DNA of 64,000 nt from Spizellomyces punctatus DAOM BR117 (Eukaryota): the NCBI GenBank assembly GCA_000182565.2, contig KQ257458.1; one strand, given 5' to 3'. Positions 62,810 through 64,000 of this stretch are shown piece after piece (the stretch's first letter is position 1; each line of letters opens with the position of its first letter). Both the position numbers and the translations under genes were made by a program. Under the pieces are notes generated by a model. That model made no database searches and was not told where the DNA came from. It worked only from the letters and a program-made list of their open reading frames with translations.

Positions 62810-64000
62810 ATGGCCATGAACACTGCATCCAACGTCCTCGAAAATTACCTCGGCGACAAACCCACTGCAACTCCCAATAAACCCACCCCAACCTCGCAAA
62901 CCATGAAAGCCCTCGCCTGGTACGGCAAACACGATCTCCGTCTCATTGACACGCCCGTCCCCACAATCTCGCATCCAAAGGACGCCATTATCCGCGTCAC
63001 GGGTACAACCGTCTGCGGAAGTGACTTGCACCTCCTGCACGGGGAGATTCTCCAACTCAAAAAGGGCGATATCCTTGGACATGAGTACATGGGCATTGTG
63101 GAAGAGGTTGGAAGCCAAGTAACGAAAATTAAAAAGGGCATGAGGGTCGTCGCCGCGTTCAATATTGGGTGTGGTGAGTGTGAGTATTGTCGTAAACAGC
63201 AGTATACCGAATGTGATGCGACGAATAATTCGGCGCTGATGGAAAAAATGTATGGACAAAAGTTGGGTGGAATTTTGGGTATGTGTTCTTGCTTTGAATG
63301 GCCTTTTTCCTTCTTTCAGTCTTGTTTCATGAGTACTTATTCATTTTATATTATGTAGGATACGGTCATTTTGGAGGGTAACGTATTCTCAAATACTGCA
63401 CGTACCTATCCGGATTTCGTCTCACCCATTTTCATTTTTTTCTTTTTATTTCTAAAAACAGCGGTTTTGCAGGCGGGCAAGCCGAATACGTTCGCCAACC
63501 CTTTGCAGACGTCAACCTCCTCCCCCTCCCCTCAGACATCCCCGACGAAAAAGCTCTCTACCTCTCCGACATTGTCTGCACCGCCTACCACGCCGTCGTT
63601 GAAAGCGGTGCCCAACCCGGAGAAACAATCGGAGTATGGGGATTAGGTCCCATAGGCCTCCTCGTCGCTCAATGGCTCCGTGTCAAAAAAGTCGGACGCA
63701 TCATTGCAATTGATAATGTCCAATCTCGTATGGCGCTTGCCCGCGAGAAATGGGGAGTAGAAACAATTGATTTTGAAGAGTACCCTGATGTTGTTGGAAG
63801 GATTATGGAATTGGCTCCTAAAGGGTTGGATCGAGCCATTGATTGTGCGGCTTTTCGGTATGCAAAGAGTATGGTGCATAAAGTCCAACGGGCGATTGGG
63901 TTGGAGACGGACTCGTCCGAGATTGTCAATGAAGAGATTCGGGCGGTTAAAAAGTTTGGAACTGTTGCGTTGATTGCTGATTATGCTGGTATGCAACATG
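62810..64000 (+). CDS. Zn-dependent medium-chain dehydrogenase (glutathione-dependent formaldehyde dehydrogenase-like, GroES-fold), 3'-truncated by window
   Basis: MKALAWYG, TTVCGSDLH, ILGHEYMG, CGECEYC...C, micro-exon GYGHFG, GGQAEYVR, LSDIVCTAYH, WGLGPIG, IDCAAFRYAK. Confidence 0.92.

Overview
Gene-dense eukaryotic DNA with many short (~55-150 bp) GT-AG introns. Gene content points to an early-diverging fungus, most likely a chytrid (inference): fungal IKS1, ADP1 and Sst2-like RGS sit beside TmcB-like, 7TM-RGS, CAAX-bearing FBXL2-like and CKAP2-like genes. About 23 protein-coding genes are supported, from left to right: PPWD1 cyclophilin, TmcB-like membrane protein, TRM7, CBA1-like (B12-uptake family) protein, FN3/coiled-coil membrane protein, IKS1 kinase, divergent RCL1, G-patch protein, acyl-CoA oxidase, stand-alone YccF protein, ADP1 ABCG transporter, F-box/LRR-CAAX protein, DEP-RGS protein, F-box/ankyrin protein, ABCC transporter, CKAP2-like protein, a hypothetical protein, C2H2 transcription factor, 7TM-RGS, SDR, a secreted Pro/Glu/Thr repeat protein spanning a 100-N gap, a two-finger GATA factor and a truncated Zn-dependent dehydrogenase. 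I recognised no tRNA, rRNA, transposon or CRISPR. Gene boundaries come from manual splicing and family calls come from motif recognition, not database searches. The most interesting items are the CBA1-like protein, the CKAP2-like protein, the PAS-less TmcB-like receptor, the FBXL2-type CVIL terminus, the (NPGQ)16 secreted protein and the Rcl1 with a degenerate catalytic motif.
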